64,000 nt of DNA from Chiloscyllium plagiosum (taxonomy: Eukaryota): the NCBI RefSeq assembly GCF_004010195.1, contig NC_057760.1, positions 210,320 through 274,319 of the forward strand. Reading direction: 5' to 3'. How positions within the stretch are numbered: the first letter of the stretch is position 1; each line of letters opens with the position of its first letter. A program made the translations under genes and the position numbers. Positions 61,305 through 64,000 of this stretch are shown here, piece by piece. The notes beneath the pieces were generated by a model. It ran no database searches. It worked only from the letters and a program-made list of their open reading frames with translations, and was not told the DNA's origin.

Positions 61305-61572
61305 CCTTCCTATTTCAGGAGACCAGAATTACACACTGAAATATTTTCACAGAGGCCAGTATCCCGTCACCTTTTATTTACATGTGGAGAGTACTTGACA
61401 GTGATCCAGCTCCCTCAGAGCCAGCTCTCCGAGTGAACAGAACCTTCCTATTTCAGGAGACCAGAATTACACACTGAAATATTTTCACAGAGGCCAGTAT
61501 CCCGTCACCTTTTATTTACATGTGACAGTGATCCAGCTCCCTCAGAGCCAGCTCTCCGAGTGAACAGAACCT
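61305..61572. repeat. Tandem duplication, period 138 bp
   Basis: Copies start at 61305 and 61443; the second lacks about 11 nt. Confidence 0.9.
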
Positions 61573-61798
61573 CTGACATGCCTGCCTATATGTGTCAGCC
61601 GGGGCTCCCCGATTGGACCAGGCTAACAGCCCCAATCAGGGATCTCACATTCTGACGTTGTTACAATTGCTACACTTACACAGTATTCCAAAACGGGACT
61701 CACCAATGTCCTGTACAGCCACAACATGACACCCCAATGCCTGTAATCAATGCAATAAAGTCAAGTGTGCAAACACCTTCTTCACCACCCTGTCTACC

Positions 61799-62195
61799 CA
61801 CTACCTCTGACTGTGCCCACTCCCTCAACACTGACCCTCTGACAGTGCCCACTCCCTCAGCACTGACCCTCTGGCAGTGCATGATCCCTCAGCACTGACC
61901 CTCAGACAGCGCCCACTCCCTCAGCACTGACCCTCTGACAGTGCCCACTACCTCAGCACTGATCCTCTGACAGTGCCCATTCCCTCAGCACTGACCCTCC
62001 GACAGCACCCGCTCCCTCAGCACAGACCCTCCGACAGTGCCTGCTCCCCAGCGCTGACCCTCAGACAGTGCCCGCTCTCTCAGCGCTGACCCTCCGACAG
62101 TGCCCGCTCCCTCAGTGCTGATTCTCTGACAGTGCCTGATCCCTCAGACAGTGCCCACTCCCTTAGTGCTGACCCTCTGGCAGTGCCCACTCCCT
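61799..62195. repeat. 32-bp minisatellite, about 12 units
   Basis: Unit CCCACTCCCTCAGCACTGACCCTCTGACAGTG, head-to-tail with no spacers. Confidence 0.92.
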
Positions 62196-63196
62196 AACAT
62201 ATAACACTGTGGGAGGTGGGGAGGGTTGTGCATTGGGACATGAGGATAAAAACACAGGCTGATGCCTCCTTCCTCCAGCCCAGACCCTGCTGTCCTTCTG
62301 CGCCAGCTTTACGGGAGTTTAAAATTCCCAAACTCTTGTCCAGCCGAGCCGTCTGCCCGTTCCTGTTGGAACAGGTCCAATTCCATCAGAACCTTACTTG
62401 CAAAACTAATGAAGTGATTCAGCCACAGCCAGAGAGAGAGAGAGAGACAGAGGTGTACTGGGGTTTAGCATATCCATTTGACTGGAACGTGAGAAACTGC
62501 AATAATAGCAAGAATTAGCTGGAACCTTTTCATTTCGTCTCCTTGTTAATGAAACAAAACAATGAAATAAGAAAGGTAATCTTTATAAAAGTAAAATGGG
62601 AAAGAATATATCATTAAAGCACCAACCTCTGATAGATTGAATGATATGACGAGACTCACCTAATCAGGAATATTTACACTCTACCAGCCAATTCTAAAAT
62701 TCCTGATGAGATTCCTGCTTATTTTTATTTCAGTAGAAAAGAAACATGCATTACCCACCCGGTTTGTGTTGCAAGGGCCGCCGTCAGTTCCTTGTCTCAG
62801 TAAATAGTGCGTTGGTTTCCCCCTTGCTACTGTGGTAGCTGTCGCTGTGATTTCTTCCCTGTTCTGTGGGTGTTGAAGTCAACAGGAAAAATAGCCTCCA
62901 CTTTCCACAGACAGTCTCACACACACATGCAAAGGCAACAATCTTAGCTCCACCTCACTCTCTCGGTATTGGTTGTATCGAATTAGCAGATCCCTTGTCT
63001 GTCTGGGAGAGGGAGGTTTCAGCAAGAGTGGGAGGTGGGGCAGACGGGGTGGAATTGCAAGAGACCTGAAAACCATAAGATATAGGCCATTCGGCCCATT
63101 GAGTCTGCCATTTGATCATGGCTGACTTATTTCTCAACCCCACACTCCTTCTTCCCCATAACCCTTCATCCCCCATCGAGTTCTGCTGGCTGCAGC

Positions 63197-63850
63197 TTTG
63201 GCTCAGTGGTTAGTACCACTGCCTCATGGTGCCAGGGACCTGGGTTCGATTCCACTCTCGGGTGACTGTCTGTGTAGAATTTGCATGTTTTCGCCCCGTG
63301 TCTGCATGGGTTTATTTCGGGTCCTCCACTTTCCTCCCCATAGTCCAAAGGCGTGCAGGTTAGACTGGAATTGCCCATAGATCCCAAGGCTGTGCAGCTT
63401 AGCGTGGATTGGCCATACTAAATTGTCTCATAGTATCCAGGGGTGTGCAGGTTAGGGTGGGTTGGCCATGGGAAATTGTCCCTTAGTGTCCAGGGATATG
63501 CAGGTTAGGGTGGGTTGGCCATGGGAAATTGTCCCTTAGTGTCGAGGGATGTGCAGGTTAGGGTGGATTGGCTATGCTAAATTGTCCCATGGTGTCCAGG
63601 GATATGCAGGTTAAAGTAGATTTGCCATACGAAATTCTCCCATGGTGTCTATGGATGTGTGGATTAGGGTGGATTAGCCATACTATAGTGTCCGGGAATG
63701 TGTGGGTAAGGGTGGATTCGCGCTAACCTGCATATCCACGCTAACCTGCATATCCCTGGACACTATGGGACAATTTAGCACAGCCAATCCACCCTAACCT
63801 GCACATCCCTGGACACTACGGGACAACTTAGCATGGCCAATCCATCCTAA
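63197..63850 (+). repeat. HE1 SINE whose internal 53-bp segment is tandemly amplified, ending in inverted units
   Basis: TGCAG anchors at 63446, 63499, 63552 and 63605 (period 53); reverse-complement units at 63721-63850. Confidence 0.88.
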
Positions 63851-64000
63851 TATAGGGAAATAGATGGTGACATCTTGCAAAATGTCCAGATTACAGAGGA
63901 GGAAGTGCTGGATGTCTTGAAATGGTTAAAGGTGGATAAATCCCCAGGGCCTGATCAGGTGTACCCGAGAACTCTGTGGGAAGCTAGAAAAGAGATTGCT

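Noticed and set aside
61799..62195. CRISPR-like periodicity of about 32 bp
   Set aside because: Units are contiguous with no unique spacers and no cas genes, in a vertebrate context; it is a minisatellite.

Overview
Vertebrate genomic DNA, almost certainly from a shark: it is dense in HE1-type V-SINEs, HER1/CR1 LINEs, Penelope-like elements and a 32-bp minisatellite. The + strand carries the complete coding region of GABPB2 (GA-binding protein beta 2): 8 coding exons from 17957 to 44811, all GT-AG, phases consistent, 1323 nt, 440 aa. The promoter and exon 1 are not seen in the window, and the 3' UTR probably runs to about 52.7 kb. Facing it on the - strand is a single-coding-exon cortexin gene (55193-55426, 77 aa). 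Its position beside GABPB2 suggests a fourth CTXN ohnologue that I do not know from mammals. The intronic repeats include an apparently full-length ORF1-only L1 ('half-L1'-like) element with a 14-bp TSD, Penelope elements carrying minimal hammerhead-ribozyme motifs, short palindromic Penelope-derived inserts, a TA-flanked MITE and an LTR-retrotransposon 3' end. Family and paralogue assignments come from recalled sequences, not database searches, and repeat boundaries are approximate unless a TSD is given.
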